This document shows, piece by piece, positions 34,325 to 44,482 of a DNA stretch of 54,156 nt. Numbering within the stretch: the first letter of the stretch is position 1; the number at the start of each line of letters is the position of its first letter. The position numbers were made by a program, and so were the translations under genes. This DNA is from a virus (Duplodnaviria; Caudoviricetes): positions 1 through 54,156 of the IMG/VR virus record IMGVR_UViG_3300025608_000549; one strand, written 5' to 3'. The notes beneath the pieces were generated by a model. The model saw only the letters and a list, made by a program, of their open reading frames with translations. It searched no databases and had not been told where the DNA came from.

Positions 34325-34637
34325 TAAAAAACCGTTCCGTCCACCAAAACATATATCTCAAGAGTGGCCAGAGGTTTTCGAACACATTTACATGAGTGGT
34401 ATGCCGATAAGGTATATTCATGGAGTGGAACTCGAATTCAACGACGGACGGGTTTGGGAAGTAGACATATCTGAACAATTACCATTCTCTCATGAAAATG
34501 AAATTGTTGAAAGATTAATGTCTGCTCTAAAAGAAATGGCCACTGATATTGTAGGCATAAACTTCAACATCGATATTGAAAAATTAAAAAAAGACATAAC
34601 TGATCAAACAAAAAACATTATGAAGGACGATGAATAA
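34317..34637 (+). CDS. Hypothetical protein
   Basis: 106 aa; GTG start overlapping upstream stop. Confidence 0.65.
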   Translation: MHNKKPFRPPKHISQEWPEVFEHIYMSGMPIRYIHGVELEFNDGRVWEVDISEQLPFSHENEIVERLMSALKEMATDIVGINFNIDIEKLKKDITDQTKNIMKDDE

Positions 34638-35372
34638 ATGAATGTTCGAATTGTATCTTACTCAGTAGCAGATCCAAAATTTGTAGAAGAAGCTCAAAAA
34701 GAGTTTATTGCCAAGAATCCAGACAAGGAAGATAAAGTTCCGCAGTTTGATGATCTACAAGATTTGATTGCTTTCTGTGCTAGAGTATCTAACCCATCTA
34801 ATCAGATGAATGAAGAGACTGGCGAAAAATTAATTAAGTATCTAATTAAACACGCACACTGGTCACCTCTCGAAATGGTTAATGCTTGTTTGGAAATTGA
34901 TACTACTCGTGATATTGCTCATCAAATTGTTCGTCATCGGTCATTTGCTTTTCAAGAATTTAGTCAACGCTATGCTGACCCTGCTGAATTCGGTAATCAG
35001 TTTGTTATTCGTGAAGCAAGACTTCAGGATCAAAAGAATAGACAAAACTCTGTAGAGCTTGATCCCAAGGACGAAAATGATGCTAAACTTATGATGGATT
35101 GGAGTGAACAACAAGAAAAAGTCATTGCTGCATCTAAAGAAGCATACGAATGGGCAATTAAGAACGGTATTGCTAAAGAGCAAGCTCGTGCTGTATTACC
35201 CGAAGGTTGTACTAAAACACGTTTATATATGAACGGTACATTGCGTAGTTGGATTCACTACATCGAATTGCGCGGTGCTAATGGTACACAAAAAGAGCAT
35301 ATGGACATTGCTCATGTTTGTGCCGAAGTTATTTCAAAGATATTTCCGCTGGCGGAAGATCTACGTAACTAG
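34638..35372 (+). CDS. thyX: Flavin-dependent thymidylate synthase
   Basis: HWSPLE, RHRSFAFQEFSQRY ThyX motif, EQARAVLP, TQKEH. Confidence 0.96.
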   Translation: MNVRIVSYSVADPKFVEEAQKEFIAKNPDKEDKVPQFDDLQDLIAFCARVSNPSNQMNEETGEKLIKYLIKHAHWSPLEMVNACLEIDTTRDIAHQIVRHRSFAFQEFSQRYADPAEFGNQFVIREARLQDQKNRQNSVELDPKDENDAKLMMDWSEQQEKVIAASKEAYEWAIKNGIAKEQARAVLPEGCTKTRLYMNGTLRSWIHYIELRGANGTQKEHMDIAHVCAEVISKIFPLAEDLRN

Positions 35373-36753
35373 CACATTTGTTGTAAAATACTGTCAACTC
35401 GGGGAACGTTCTTAAAAAGTTCGTTCCTCTTCTTTTATCATACTCATTTACAAATAAACAAAAATCTCCTCGGTTATTAATTAACTCTTGATCTTTGAAT
35501 CTGTTTTGTTCTGCCCAATCAATAACCCTTTTCCATTTTGTTATATCAGTATCATTAAAATATCTACAATCTAAATTATTTTTATTATCTTCCATAAATT
35601 TTAAACAATCGTACATTGTATCCAAATGTTCATCGTCTAAGATTTGTAAACTTAAATGAGGCGGCTCAAGTAAGTAAGGCGTGTCAATTGTAAATCTATT
35701 ATTAAATCTTGTATTATATTTGTGTTTCCATTCAAGAATTTTAACTAACAGATCTTTAAATCTATGTACGCTCATAAAGTTTACGGTGATCATTAATCCG
35801 CATTGTGCCGCTGGAACAACATTCATAAGATGATCTAAATTGTTTTCCCATAGATTAATGTCCATCGGATCTCTTATATATTCTGCTTGTTTACCCCACG
35901 TATCTATGCTTGTAAACACTTGTAAGCGGTCTAATTTGCGTTCTTGTGTAAGAGTAGTTACTTTGTCTATAAACTTGTTTAAATTGCGCTTAGGGACGCA
36001 TAAATTGCTGTTAATAGCGAACTCTAAGTCTTTGTGCGGGTTAGCATCAATATAGTCAAGAACTTTGAATACGTTACTGCTTAACAACGGTTCACCGCCA
36101 GTTACTCTAAAAGTATGAAGCTCTTTATACACTGTAGGAAACCATTTCCAAAATGCTTCAATATATGGATTATCTTTTTCTTTATAGATCCAATTCTTTC
36201 TATCTTTGTTGTTAGCATGGTATTGTCTTCTGTTCACAACTTGATGTAAAGGATAATCGCCGTGTTTATTAAATTCATTTTCCCAAGCACTACTAATACT
36301 TGGTGTACAGTAACTACATTTCATTTGACATTCATTGCCAAAGTTAACTTCCATGTACTTAGGAGCAACATCAGCGTCCCAAGGCATTGACGCAATCTTT
36401 TCTGTAGTTCCTTTTTCTATTTCTTCAAATTCGGCACTTCTAAAATGTCTATCACTTAAATTTCCACAATCTTCCAAATTCCAACAATACTGACACTCTG
36501 GTGGTCTCTCACCTTCTAACATTGCCTTACGTTGAAGTTTTTTATATTTGCTATTATGTAACGCACTAGGATTTTCAGCAAGTTCTTCTAAACTTACTTT
36601 ATGCATACTAGGATGATAACAACTGTGATTATCGCCTGTGTGTAAATGTATGCTAACATGATTCCATTTAGCCGTACAGAAGCCCTTGCCGGTTTGATCT
36701 AGTTTTACAGCAATCTTTTTATATTTTTTATTAGGATCTTTTTTCCAAAACAT
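35329..36753 (-). CDS. Radical SAM protein with N-terminal twitch/SPASM-like Cys domain
   Basis: CQMKCSYC, TGGEPL; N-terminal FCTAKW...SCYHP...CQYCW. Confidence 0.85.
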   Translation of the reverse strand: MFWKKDPNKKYKKIAVKLDQTGKGFCTAKWNHVSIHLHTGDNHSCYHPSMHKVSLEELAENPSALHNSKYKKLQRKAMLEGERPPECQYCWNLEDCGNLSDRHFRSAEFEEIEKGTTEKIASMPWDADVAPKYMEVNFGNECQMKCSYCTPSISSAWENEFNKHGDYPLHQVVNRRQYHANNKDRKNWIYKEKDNPYIEAFWKWFPTVYKELHTFRVTGGEPLLSSNVFKVLDYIDANPHKDLEFAINSNLCVPKRNLNKFIDKVTTLTQERKLDRLQVFTSIDTWGKQAEYIRDPMDINLWENNLDHLMNVVPAAQCGLMITVNFMSVHRFKDLLVKILEWKHKYNTRFNNRFTIDTPYLLEPPHLSLQILDDEHLDTMYDCLKFMEDNKNNLDCRYFNDTDITKWKRVIDWAEQNRFKDQELINNRGDFCLFVNEYDKRRGTNFLRTFPELTVFYNKCASYVDLPPAEISLK

Positions 36754-37403
36754 TATGATTCAAACCTTCCCTTTAGCCATTTAAAATTGTTTATGTTTTC
36801 TAACTTTTCGTTCTTATGTCCGTATTCACGTCCAGCAAGTGCGCCTTTCTTAACAAAATCTACGTATAGTGTATCATTAAAAGTTTCACACCAATGTGTT
36901 AATCTGTATTCATCTTCTTTGCTGTTTCTATTTTTAATTATACCGCTGGACAACTTGACACACTCTCTAAAGGCTGTTCTCCAAGCATGAAAAGGTGTTG
37001 TATTAAATTTATGAATATTACTTACATAATCTAACGGAACAATGTCAAATCCAGTAGACATGTCAACAGAGTTGTTATTGCCAAACAATCGTTTATCAAA
37101 AATCTTTAGGCCGCCATGACCATACACAAGATTATTAACAGGATTGATAGCCCTACATACAAATACTTTTCTTTCGTTAGTTAAACTATCAAGCAACTTG
37201 TTATATGAAAACGATTCTAATAACTCACAATCAGCATCTAATACCATAAAACGAAATGTTAGACTCTGCGAAGCACAATACTGATGACTAGCATGTATAC
37301 CAGAAATAGTATCAACTCTAGATATTGTTTTTAGTTTTTCCTTTGCTAATTTATAGTTTTTATCAGCACACGGATCGTCATATACTAAGAAGAACTTGTC
37401 CAT
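36753..37403 (-). CDS. GT-A glycosyltransferase-like protein
   Basis: LDADC DxD; NNLVYGHGGLKI and WRTAFRECVKL shared with neighbour. Confidence 0.7.
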   Translation of the reverse strand: MDKFFLVYDDPCADKNYKLAKEKLKTISRVDTISGIHASHQYCASQSLTFRFMVLDADCELLESFSYNKLLDSLTNERKVFVCRAINPVNNLVYGHGGLKIFDKRLFGNNNSVDMSTGFDIVPLDYVSNIHKFNTTPFHAWRTAFRECVKLSSGIIKNRNSKEDEYRLTHWCETFNDTLYVDFVKKGALAGREYGHKNEKLENINNFKWLKGRFES

Positions 37404-38284
37404 ATCTTTCCCTTTACAGTATAGTAAGTACTTCCTAATTTGATTGCTTCATCGTATAATTCAATAATACTTTCACATTGATCAGCATTAAATTCTCCCC
37501 AATGAATTCCTAACTCTCTGATAGCACGTTCTCTATATTCTGTTAATTTACTCTCGATGTTAATTTCATTTTGTAAATCGTTCTCTCGATAGATTTTTTC
37601 TAATTCATCAAAATCTCTTACGTTTACATGGTTCCAATCACTAAAAGCAAATACTGTACCCATTCTTGCTCCTAGCATAGCATAGTTTCCATTAACAATA
37701 TGTCTACCAACTGTTCCCCAGACTTTTAATCTATGTAAGTTATGCCAATAAATTTTAGTTTTGATTTTATCTTTTGGAGGTAATTCTCCTCTGACAGTTA
37801 CCATTTTAACGCCTTCACGAAAACCTGCTCTCCATGCTTGATAAGGTGTTTTGTTAATAACTGAATCGCTGAACGCTTCAGGAAAATTTCTATAACCCTG
37901 TTCCCAACAAAATTCTATACTATCTCCATTGGATTCGTGTGTTTTCATATCAAGAGCAAACTTTTTATTCCAGATTTTCAATCCGCCGTTGCCGTACATA
38001 AGTCCATTGACACTATTTTTACCGCACCAACTATAGCATTGAATATCATCTTGTTCTTGTATATCAAGTTTTAAAAATTGTGGGTAAACAATATTATCAC
38101 CGTCAACTCCTACAAACCACTCAGTATCAGAAAGTTTAGCGGCTTCTTTATGTGCCGCGTCACTACCCTTTACACCATGTACACGTTTAGCCCAAGGAAC
38201 TTGGTCTTTTAATCTTGCCCAGTTTTCTTCAGCATTTGGTTCGTCGTAACTGATGAATATAAAATCTAAATCTTTAGTTCTCAT
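37385..38284 (-). CDS. GT-A glycosyltransferase-like protein
   Basis: FISYDEPNA, VDGDN DxD, NGLMYGNGGLKI, WRAGFREGVK. Confidence 0.75.
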   Translation of the reverse strand: MRTKDLDFIFISYDEPNAEENWARLKDQVPWAKRVHGVKGSDAAHKEAAKLSDTEWFVGVDGDNIVYPQFLKLDIQEQDDIQCYSWCGKNSVNGLMYGNGGLKIWNKKFALDMKTHESNGDSIEFCWEQGYRNFPEAFSDSVINKTPYQAWRAGFREGVKMVTVRGELPPKDKIKTKIYWHNLHRLKVWGTVGRHIVNGNYAMLGARMGTVFAFSDWNHVNVRDFDELEKIYRENDLQNEINIESKLTEYRERAIRELGIHWGEFNADQCESIIELYDEAIKLGSTYYTVKGKIWTSSS

Positions 38285-38805
38285 TTTATTTGGTATCCAG
38301 CACTGTTAAATATCTTATAGTAATAAAAAGAAATGTTTCCAGCAAACAACTTTTTATAATCTATTTGGTCAATTTCAAAAATAACTTCTTTATTAGTTTC
38401 GCATTCAAACATTTGATACAAAAAATTAGGGTCGCCTTGTTTTGTTAAATATATCTCAAATTTTCTATCATCATCAAAACTTGAATTAACAACTATATGC
38501 GGTCTATTGTCTATTGATTTGATTACTACTTTAAGATCATACCTTTCAACATTAAAAGTTCTAGGAATATCTATTAACTTATTTTTAAAAGGGTCAGTAT
38601 GCTGTTTTTCTTCAACAGTACTATATAACTTAAATTCTTTGCTATCAACATCAACTTTAAATCTTGCCCAATCGCCACTAGTTATTTTATTTTTCAACTC
38701 TAAAGAAATAGAAGCATGATTATAACTCTCCCATTCCTTACTCAATCTACTAGAGAATCCACAAATGTTTCCGTCATTGTCGTAAAAGATATTAACATTA
38801 TCCAT
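38281..38805 (-). CDS. Hypothetical protein
   Basis: 174 aa, coupled within the GT operon. Confidence 0.7.
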   Translation of the reverse strand: MDNVNIFYDNDGNICGFSSRLSKEWESYNHASISLELKNKITSGDWARFKVDVDSKEFKLYSTVEEKQHTDPFKNKLIDIPRTFNVERYDLKVVIKSIDNRPHIVVNSSFDDDRKFEIYLTKQGDPNFLYQMFECETNKEVIFEIDQIDYKKLFAGNISFYYYKIFNSAGYQIK

Positions 38806-39637
38806 GTTTGATTCCTTTAAACATTAATTCTCTGTAAACTTTGGTCATTTCATTTAAAGGAAACTCTTTATCTGAGTAATGAATAATATCGTATTGTCTA
38901 TGATTACCAATTGTAACATCTACTGTATCATTAAAATAAATTCCTAAGTCTTTTGCGATTGATGATATATCAACATCTTGTAACATATACTTAAGATGAG
39001 CAAACTTTGGAAAAGACATGTCGTAGGAAATTTTTTCTTCAATGTTAAGTAGCTTTGCAGCTAAAGAAAACACTTCGTCGGTACCCATTTCTGGAGGGAA
39101 ACCTTTAGTTAGGTATCTGTTTCTAAACAATTCTTTGTTATACGTTATTGCTTTTACTAGATCAAAAAAGTCATTGGCTATTGCGCTTTCTTTATTGAAA
39201 TATGTGAATCCACTGTATAACAAAGGTAATTTGTTCTCTTTATATGTAGGACGGCAATGTAAATTTGTCATTTCGTCACCGTTGTATTTTGTAACATTTT
39301 TATTAATATAAAGTCCATAGCTATCATTAATAAAATGATCAACCCAATGACTGATATCTTTTGTGAAGTACATGTCAGAGTCAAGACAGATAGTGTGTTT
39401 ATAGGGAGAAATATCAAACATTAGATTTCTTTGATCCCAACCCTTCTCTTGATTAGTTTTAACAATAAACTTATCATAAACAAATCTGTTATACGTCTCA
39501 CTCTTTTCAGATACAATACAAACATTATCATAACCTGATGGTTGTGTTCGTTTAATACTCAATGCTAACAAATTAGCCATGTCATAATAAACACTATTTT
39601 CGCCATTAACTACTAACAAGTATCCAAAATCTTTCAT
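38798..39637 (-). CDS. GT-A glycosyltransferase-like protein
   Basis: LALSIK, SPYKHTICLDSD (DxD), YSGFTYF, TDEVFS, HLK. Confidence 0.72.
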   Translation of the reverse strand: MKDFGYLLVVNGENSVYYDMANLLALSIKRTQPSGYDNVCIVSEKSETYNRFVYDKFIVKTNQEKGWDQRNLMFDISPYKHTICLDSDMYFTKDISHWVDHFINDSYGLYINKNVTKYNGDEMTNLHCRPTYKENKLPLLYSGFTYFNKESAIANDFFDLVKAITYNKELFRNRYLTKGFPPEMGTDEVFSLAAKLLNIEEKISYDMSFPKFAHLKYMLQDVDISSIAKDLGIYFNDTVDVTIGNHRQYDIIHYSDKEFPLNEMTKVYRELMFKGIKHG

Positions 39638-40407
39638 AGTAGTTTGTCCTCAAATTTTATAATAGTTTGTTTATTAAAAAAATGTAGGTCAACACCTTTA
39701 AATTTTGCTATGTCTGTTCCTACATAACAAATGTAAGTATCATCAATAACATCAATAATTTCATCACTAACATTTGCTAAAAAGTTAATCTTAGGCAACG
39801 ATACATTATCAGACGACATTCCTTTGACAATATGTTCGGCAATAGTGAACGCATGATCATTCCTAAAATTATTAATTCCAGGAAATTTATAAACTTTTTT
39901 ATAAAAATTGTAATTTTGTCTAATTAGTTTAACTTGTTCAAAAATACTTTTTGAAACTATGTCTTTTTTAAAATAGATAGTTGTTGCCCACTTTAATGGT
40001 TTATCAAAAATAGGATATGTTCTATAATCGTGTAGATTGTGTACATCAGATGCCATCATAAAACTTTCAGAACATCCAAAGTAATGATTTAGTACATCGC
40101 TGTTTACAAGATAATCCACGTCAACAATTATTGTTTCGTCATAAGGCGATAAGAAATAAACATCTTCTCTAGTTAGATTATAAAATTTCTGTGCTACTCC
40201 AGAAATAATTCTGGTATTAGATTTATCAACGTCAACAATCTTTACTGTATCGAATATGTCATACTCTGTTGTATAAGTTTCTCTATCAGTTATTAGTGTT
40301 ACTGGCTTGTTTAAAAATTTTTTTATTCGACTGGCACATATTCTAGCCAAAGTTAGATAGTTTACTTGGTTGTTATTATGGGCAATGATTACAAATCCGC
40401 AGGACAT
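39634..40407 (-). CDS. GT-A glycosyltransferase-like protein (paralogue of 38798-39637)
   Basis: SPYDETIIVDVD, WATTIYF, RNDHAF, DLHFFNK. Confidence 0.72.
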   Translation of the reverse strand: MSCGFVIIAHNNNQVNYLTLARICASRIKKFLNKPVTLITDRETYTTEYDIFDTVKIVDVDKSNTRIISGVAQKFYNLTREDVYFLSPYDETIIVDVDYLVNSDVLNHYFGCSESFMMASDVHNLHDYRTYPIFDKPLKWATTIYFKKDIVSKSIFEQVKLIRQNYNFYKKVYKFPGINNFRNDHAFTIAEHIVKGMSSDNVSLPKINFLANVSDEIIDVIDDTYICYVGTDIAKFKGVDLHFFNKQTIIKFEDKLL

Positions 40408-40781
40408 TAAAATTTACCGCTTCCTACTTCTTTCAAATAATGTAATTCACTTTTATTTAAAGTTTCAAACTCTTGATGGTCTGTATAAAATACATCAAGA
40501 GCATGAAAGTATCTGTCTTGGCATTGGCTTTGAAAGTCAACGACAGATTTAATCATGATTGGATTTAAATTATGATCCACAATTACTGTTTCTTTAGTTC
40601 TACCACTCATTAGTAGGTAGTTTAGATAAACTAAAAATTCAGGAGAAATTTTAAACAATCCTCCTTCATATCCTAGAATTGTGTTTGCTTCAAATTTCTC
40701 TTTAGCAATATATTTTTGACGCTTTAATACTGCCAATTTGTCAGATGTTTTAATTATTGTTTCGAGTTGTTGTTTATCCAT
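40407..40781 (-). CDS. Hypothetical phage protein
   Basis: 124 aa; SD AAGGA. Confidence 0.72.
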   Translation of the reverse strand: MDKQQLETIIKTSDKLAVLKRQKYIAKEKFEANTILGYEGGLFKISPEFLVYLNYLLMSGRTKETVIVDHNLNPIMIKSVVDFQSQCQDRYFHALDVFYTDHQEFETLNKSELHYLKEVGSGKF

Positions 40782-40843
40782 GGCAAATTCCTTAGCATAT
40801 ACATTATATATGCTAGAAATATGCTACTATTATGATTATTGGC

Positions 40844-42163
40844 TTACGTGGTCCAGGTTCTTACAAGACCAATAGTGTAATTTTGAGGTGTTGCTCGAAG
40901 AGGTATATAATCACTGTAGTCAAATACTAGTTTTATTTCTCTATCTACGTCAGTTTGACTAGCATAGCTATTAGTATTTGATGAATCAAAAAGTTCTATG
41001 ATAAAGTTTAATCGTGTTTGGTTTACAACTTCTCTCATATAAACTCTAACATAGTGATCATCATACTTATCAGTGTATGCTGTAATCTGATCACCAGTGG
41101 CGCCTGCGATTTGTGTGTCAACTGCGGCAACATCAAATGCTCCAATACTTGCGATAGATCTAGAATCTGCATCTAGTCCCATTTGAGTTTTTCCTCTGGC
41201 TCCTACATATAAAGGAAATACTAGTCTGATTAAATCACGCCAGTGTCTGTTTAGATTAAACACGTTGTCATTATTAGCATTTTCAACTACTGTATCAGAT
41301 ACCGGAAACTGTATTTGTACAAGTCCTCCAGTATTGAAAAATTGAACAAAATCATAAGCGTCTGAAAAGTCAACATAAAATTCAAAGAATGTACTTTGGT
41401 TCCATGCTGTCGCATTTCTTGCCGCTGAACCTAATGTTGGTTGATATTGCTGTTGAACCGCACTAAAATATTTGTAAGTGTTAATACTGTTAGCAACTTC
41501 GTAATAAGGATCATAAACATCATATCTAATTACAGCCCCACGTGCTGGTGTCGGCATTTCTGTAATTTCACCTCCAGGGAATAAATTTCCTGGTCCCGGT
41601 ACCGCGCCAGTAATATGACGAACTGCTGTTGTTAAGTCTGCTCTCAAATTTACAAATTGATTAGCACTTATATAATACTGGTTAGCATCACACGAATGTC
41701 CAGTATTTGAAGCAGGATTGTAAGTTTCCCAAAGAACTGCTCCGTTGTCTGATGGATTGTAATTAAATGTATTAAAGTCTACTTCAACAACTGTGGTACT
41801 AACAACTGTAACTACCGTAGCGTAGTTATCTGCAATGTCATAACCGCTCCAGTTGTTTACATTATTATAGTTAGCATGTGTTGTGAAGTTACTAAAGTAA
41901 ATTACTTCACCTACTACTAAATTATGATCATCAACAAATTCTACTCTGGCTTGTGCTTCTGACGAAATTCTTTTTACTGTTCTAGTAAACGGATAGGCTT
42001 TACTGATCAATTGATTTGTCGCTAGTCCGTATCCAGTACCTTCAATATAAACTCCCGGATTCCCGGCAACTTCTTGTAAAGGTCCAAGTTGTTCGTAAAC
42101 AACACTCTGAATTGCGTCCCAATCAGAATATAAAATTGGATCATTTATTTGTGCTTTAGCCAT
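40844..42163 (-). CDS. Putative virion structural protein
   Basis: 439 aa, N/T/V-rich; perfect late promoter upstream. Confidence 0.65.
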   Translation of the reverse strand: MAKAQINDPILYSDWDAIQSVVYEQLGPLQEVAGNPGVYIEGTGYGLATNQLISKAYPFTRTVKRISSEAQARVEFVDDHNLVVGEVIYFSNFTTHANYNNVNNWSGYDIADNYATVVTVVSTTVVEVDFNTFNYNPSDNGAVLWETYNPASNTGHSCDANQYYISANQFVNLRADLTTAVRHITGAVPGPGNLFPGGEITEMPTPARGAVIRYDVYDPYYEVANSINTYKYFSAVQQQYQPTLGSAARNATAWNQSTFFEFYVDFSDAYDFVQFFNTGGLVQIQFPVSDTVVENANNDNVFNLNRHWRDLIRLVFPLYVGARGKTQMGLDADSRSIASIGAFDVAAVDTQIAGATGDQITAYTDKYDDHYVRVYMREVVNQTRLNFIIELFDSSNTNSYASQTDVDREIKLVFDYSDYIPLRATPQNYTIGLVRTWTT

Positions 42164-42186
42164 TTAATTTCCTCATTATATGCGTA

Positions 42187-42194
42187 TATTTATA
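42187..42194 (-). promoter_or_regulatory. T4 late promoter consensus TATAAATA
   Basis: Exact match; contains the upstream TAA stop. Confidence 0.75.
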
Positions 42195-43989
42195 CTTTCA
42201 ACACACACTCGACTACTTTTTCTCTTTCATCGTTGTTTGTTTCTAGTGCTACACCTACAATAAATCTATCTGTGTGTTCAGCACTTGCGGCTCCGTTACC
42301 AGCTGTATAAACTGCTTGACCCTTTTTAACTGGTCCTACTACGCGAACAGGAACTCTTCCTTTTAATCCAATTGCTTGGCCATTTGATTCGCTATTCATA
42401 AGATACGCTGGTTCTGTACTAATAACACCGATTGGAACTCCTGTATCACTACATTCAATTGATTCAAATTCGCTGTTTTCATCTGCTACCATCATAACAG
42501 TACCGTATGGGTAATATTGATCAGTTGTATACTTTTCTGCTAAGTCGGCATATCTTGCCGAAGTTGCTGTTCCGTTAAAGAACCTAGCATTAATATCGCC
42601 TCCGATCGATCTCAAGACAATAGTGTCTGGAACTTTGTCTACATCAAGAGCTTTACCGTTAACACTCTGTGAGTCTGTTGATTGACCTTCAAAAATAACT
42701 GCTTTAATTTTACCATCAGTTGTTCTAGTTGGAATAGTAGCAAATCCAGGAACATGTGTTTCACTAGGATCTAATTGTGTTAGTTTATTAGCTGATATTG
42801 CTTCAGACGCAATTCCATCAAGAGATCCTGAAAAATTACCAGTGAACTTCTGTGCTTGAAACTCTCTGTTTACACTATCAAATATACGAACTGTTGTAGT
42901 TGGACTTGTCTGAGCAAAAATATCTCCGGTTAAACTACCGATAACGTCTCCATGTACATTACCAACTAACTCACCTTTAAGGTTTTCTGACCAAACATTT
43001 TTAAATTTTCTAGTTTCTAGACCTAAATTTATTTGTCCTGAAATTCCAGGGAATATACTATTAATACTATCTGGGTCTGTTGTAAATGCTTGTTGTCTGC
43101 TAAATTTTAAGAATTCGCTTCTTGTTGCTGATTCACCGTCACTACTAATACCAATTGTTAATTGGCCATTAATTTGATTTTCAATAACAGGTGTACCATC
43201 AACAATACTAATTTTTAAAGCATTTGGATTACCAACTGTAAATCCAACATCAGCAAACGACTGCTTTGTTGTGAATCCCGCAGTACTATCTGTTCTTACA
43301 AATCTACTTTGATCAAGTCCGCCAAGTTTTTCTGCGTTTGTAGCAGTACCAACAAAACGATAGCCTGCGCTATCACTAATACCGGTTGTACCGTTAACAC
43401 TGTTTAGTGTAATACCTTTGAAAATCTTTCTTCCTGATTCACTAAAACCAGCAAGATTGTTATCTTGGCTAAGTGTAAAATCATCATCATTACTAAACAC
43501 TGCTGTAGTGATTCCACCAACAACCGAACGTAGAATAACATGTGAAGTATTATTATTGTCTTTTACAACTTCTGTAACAATTTGTGATGTACCAAAACCC
43601 GGTGCGCTCTGTGGGCCGATTAAAACAAAGTTTGAACCGTTCCAAGCACTAAGTTGGTTTGTTTGACTGTCAAACCAAAGATCGCCTTGAGATAAACCTG
43701 ATGGGGGACTAGATCCAACTTCAGCACCACTTGCTGTTCTAAAGTTTCTGCCGTCATAGAATTTTAATTTCTGACTACTTGTATCAAACCAAACTTGACC
43801 TACAATAGGTTTTTCAGGTTGTACACTATTAGCAAAACTTTCAAGTAGATGGAGGAAGTTTTCATTTTGTACTTCTCCGTAGCCGCTATAATTTCTACCA
43901 ACAAATTTTAAATCTGTAGTAGTATCAATAGTACCGTCTGCTACGCTTACTAAGAATGTTCCGTTATATTTGTCTACTTGATATGTCAT
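42190..43989 (-). CDS. Tail fibre/baseplate protein with C-terminal intramolecular-chaperone-like (peptidase G2/IMC) domain
   Basis: Shared N-terminal GRNYSGYGE..NENF..LLE; C-terminal RYADLAEKY...GVIST.PAYLMN...GRVPV. Confidence 0.75.
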   Translation of the reverse strand: MTYQVDKYNGTFLVSVADGTIDTTTDLKFVGRNYSGYGEVQNENFLHLLESFANSVQPEKPIVGQVWFDTSSQKLKFYDGRNFRTASGAEVGSSPPSGLSQGDLWFDSQTNQLSAWNGSNFVLIGPQSAPGFGTSQIVTEVVKDNNNTSHVILRSVVGGITTAVFSNDDDFTLSQDNNLAGFSESGRKIFKGITLNSVNGTTGISDSAGYRFVGTATNAEKLGGLDQSRFVRTDSTAGFTTKQSFADVGFTVGNPNALKISIVDGTPVIENQINGQLTIGISSDGESATRSEFLKFSRQQAFTTDPDSINSIFPGISGQINLGLETRKFKNVWSENLKGELVGNVHGDVIGSLTGDIFAQTSPTTTVRIFDSVNREFQAQKFTGNFSGSLDGIASEAISANKLTQLDPSETHVPGFATIPTRTTDGKIKAVIFEGQSTDSQSVNGKALDVDKVPDTIVLRSIGGDINARFFNGTATSARYADLAEKYTTDQYYPYGTVMMVADENSEFESIECSDTGVPIGVISTEPAYLMNSESNGQAIGLKGRVPVRVVGPVKKGQAVYTAGNGAASAEHTDRFIVGVALETNNDEREKVVECVLKV

Positions 43990-44007
43990 TTTCGTTCCGC
44001 TTTACTG

Positions 44008-44015
44008 TATTTATT
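44008..44015 (-). promoter_or_regulatory. Late promoter AATAAATA built on a stop codon
   Basis: Motif match. Confidence 0.55.
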
Positions 44016-44481
44016 CAAACGCTTTTACTGCGTCAGCATGTGCTATATCATCGTCGACTGAAACAAAAGTATAAGTTTCAGGACTTGCCTTGTATGTAGC
44101 AACTTTAGTGTCTAAATCTGCTTTTGCCGCGTCAATAAACGCTTTCATTGCTGTAAATTCATCTGTATTAGGAATACTAGAAGCATCAAGCATATCAATA
44201 ATAATATTCAATTGTTTATGAATAGAATATTGTTCTAAAATTTTAAGATTAGTATTATATTTTAAAGTTGCTTCCATTACTACTGGCTTGTCTGATTTAC
44301 TCTTAACTTCGCCAGTGGCATAATCACCGTGCCAGTACTCTCCCGTTTCGAGATCAAGTTCTACTGTCTTAACATCGAACTTAGTATTGTCAATCAAACT
44401 TATGTCTGAATCTTCCGGCATCATAGCAACTAGTTGGCCGCCGGGTTTAATAAAAATTAAATGTTTTGTTTCGTTTGCCAT
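44011..44481 (-). CDS. Putative tail fibre assembly chaperone
   Basis: 156 aa among fibre genes; C-terminal helical QYSIHKQLNII; context-based. Confidence 0.5.
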   Translation of the reverse strand: MANETKHLIFIKPGGQLVAMMPEDSDISLIDNTKFDVKTVELDLETGEYWHGDYATGEVKSKSDKPVVMEATLKYNTNLKILEQYSIHKQLNIIIDMLDASSIPNTDEFTAMKAFIDAAKADLDTKVATYKASPETYTFVSVDDDIAHADAVKAFE

Positions 44482-44482
44482 T

